From contig OZ176050.1 in the NCBI GenBank assembly GCA_964247055.1, positions 14,136,001 to 14,200,000 of the forward strand: a stretch of 64,000 bases of DNA. The letters run 5' to 3'. Positions within the stretch are counted from its first letter, which is position 1. Each line of letters begins with the position of its first letter. Below, in pieces: positions 63,638 through 64,000 of the stretch. The DNA is from Paragordius varius (taxonomy: Eukaryota > Animalia > Nematomorpha). The notes below the pieces were generated by a model, which saw only the letters and a list, made by a program, of their open reading frames with translations, was not told the origin of the DNA and searched no databases. Both the position numbers and the translations under genes were made by a program.

Positions 63638-64000
63638 CAGTAAAAAATTGAAATTATACTATGGACAAAACGTATAAATATAAATACAATAAAGACAACC
63701 ATACTTTCAAACCTTAATTTTTCCTATAAATCATTTAATTACAATTGTAAAAATAGAATTAATTGTGTTAATAATACAGGAAAAATTAAAATTATACGGA
63801 CAAAAGTTGAAAATATAAAGACTTTCTATTTAAAAGACAACCATACTTTTTAAATAGATTTTTTTACTTATAACTTATTGTTTAAACACAATCAATGACA
63901 TTTTATGATTGCATTAACTTGTTTTAATATAAATTAGGGTTAAAAAATTTGGTGTCTTCAAAAAAATTTGTTTTTAGTTTTTACATTTTGTCCGTATAAT
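63638..64000. mobile_element. Tc1/mariner-type MITE copies (CAGTAAAAAATTGAAATTATAC family), running off the window
   Basis: Match to the 56140-56424 termini at ~63638 and ~63780; inverted TTTTGTCCGTATAAT at the window end. Confidence 0.65.

Overview
Very AT-rich eukaryotic genomic DNA, probably from an invertebrate animal (inference); nothing here looks prokaryotic. Most of the window is repeats: two decayed Ty3/gypsy segments (1-6.4 kb), a degenerate ~1.7-kb-unit tandem array (6.4-15.8 kb), non-autonomous Helitrons, foldback MITEs with 21-bp subterminal repeats, several hAT elements, an RTE LINE and a Chapaev3 element. One transposon nest is four layers deep (22.8-28.9 kb), and both hAT layers keep perfect 8-bp TSDs. 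Two short-exon host genes are almost entirely missed by the ORF track. (1) A tandemly duplicated gene for a small secreted glycoprotein: copy A (exons from 16966 to ~29364) is open, copy B (46425-51610) carries nonsense changes, and the shared exon differs almost only at non-synonymous sites. (2) A plus-strand multi-exon gene (56699-59786) whose spliced product resembles a divergent nuclear-receptor ligand-binding domain. Several candidate introns are only 21-30 nt long. All protein-family calls come from motif recognition by eye; no database search was run.
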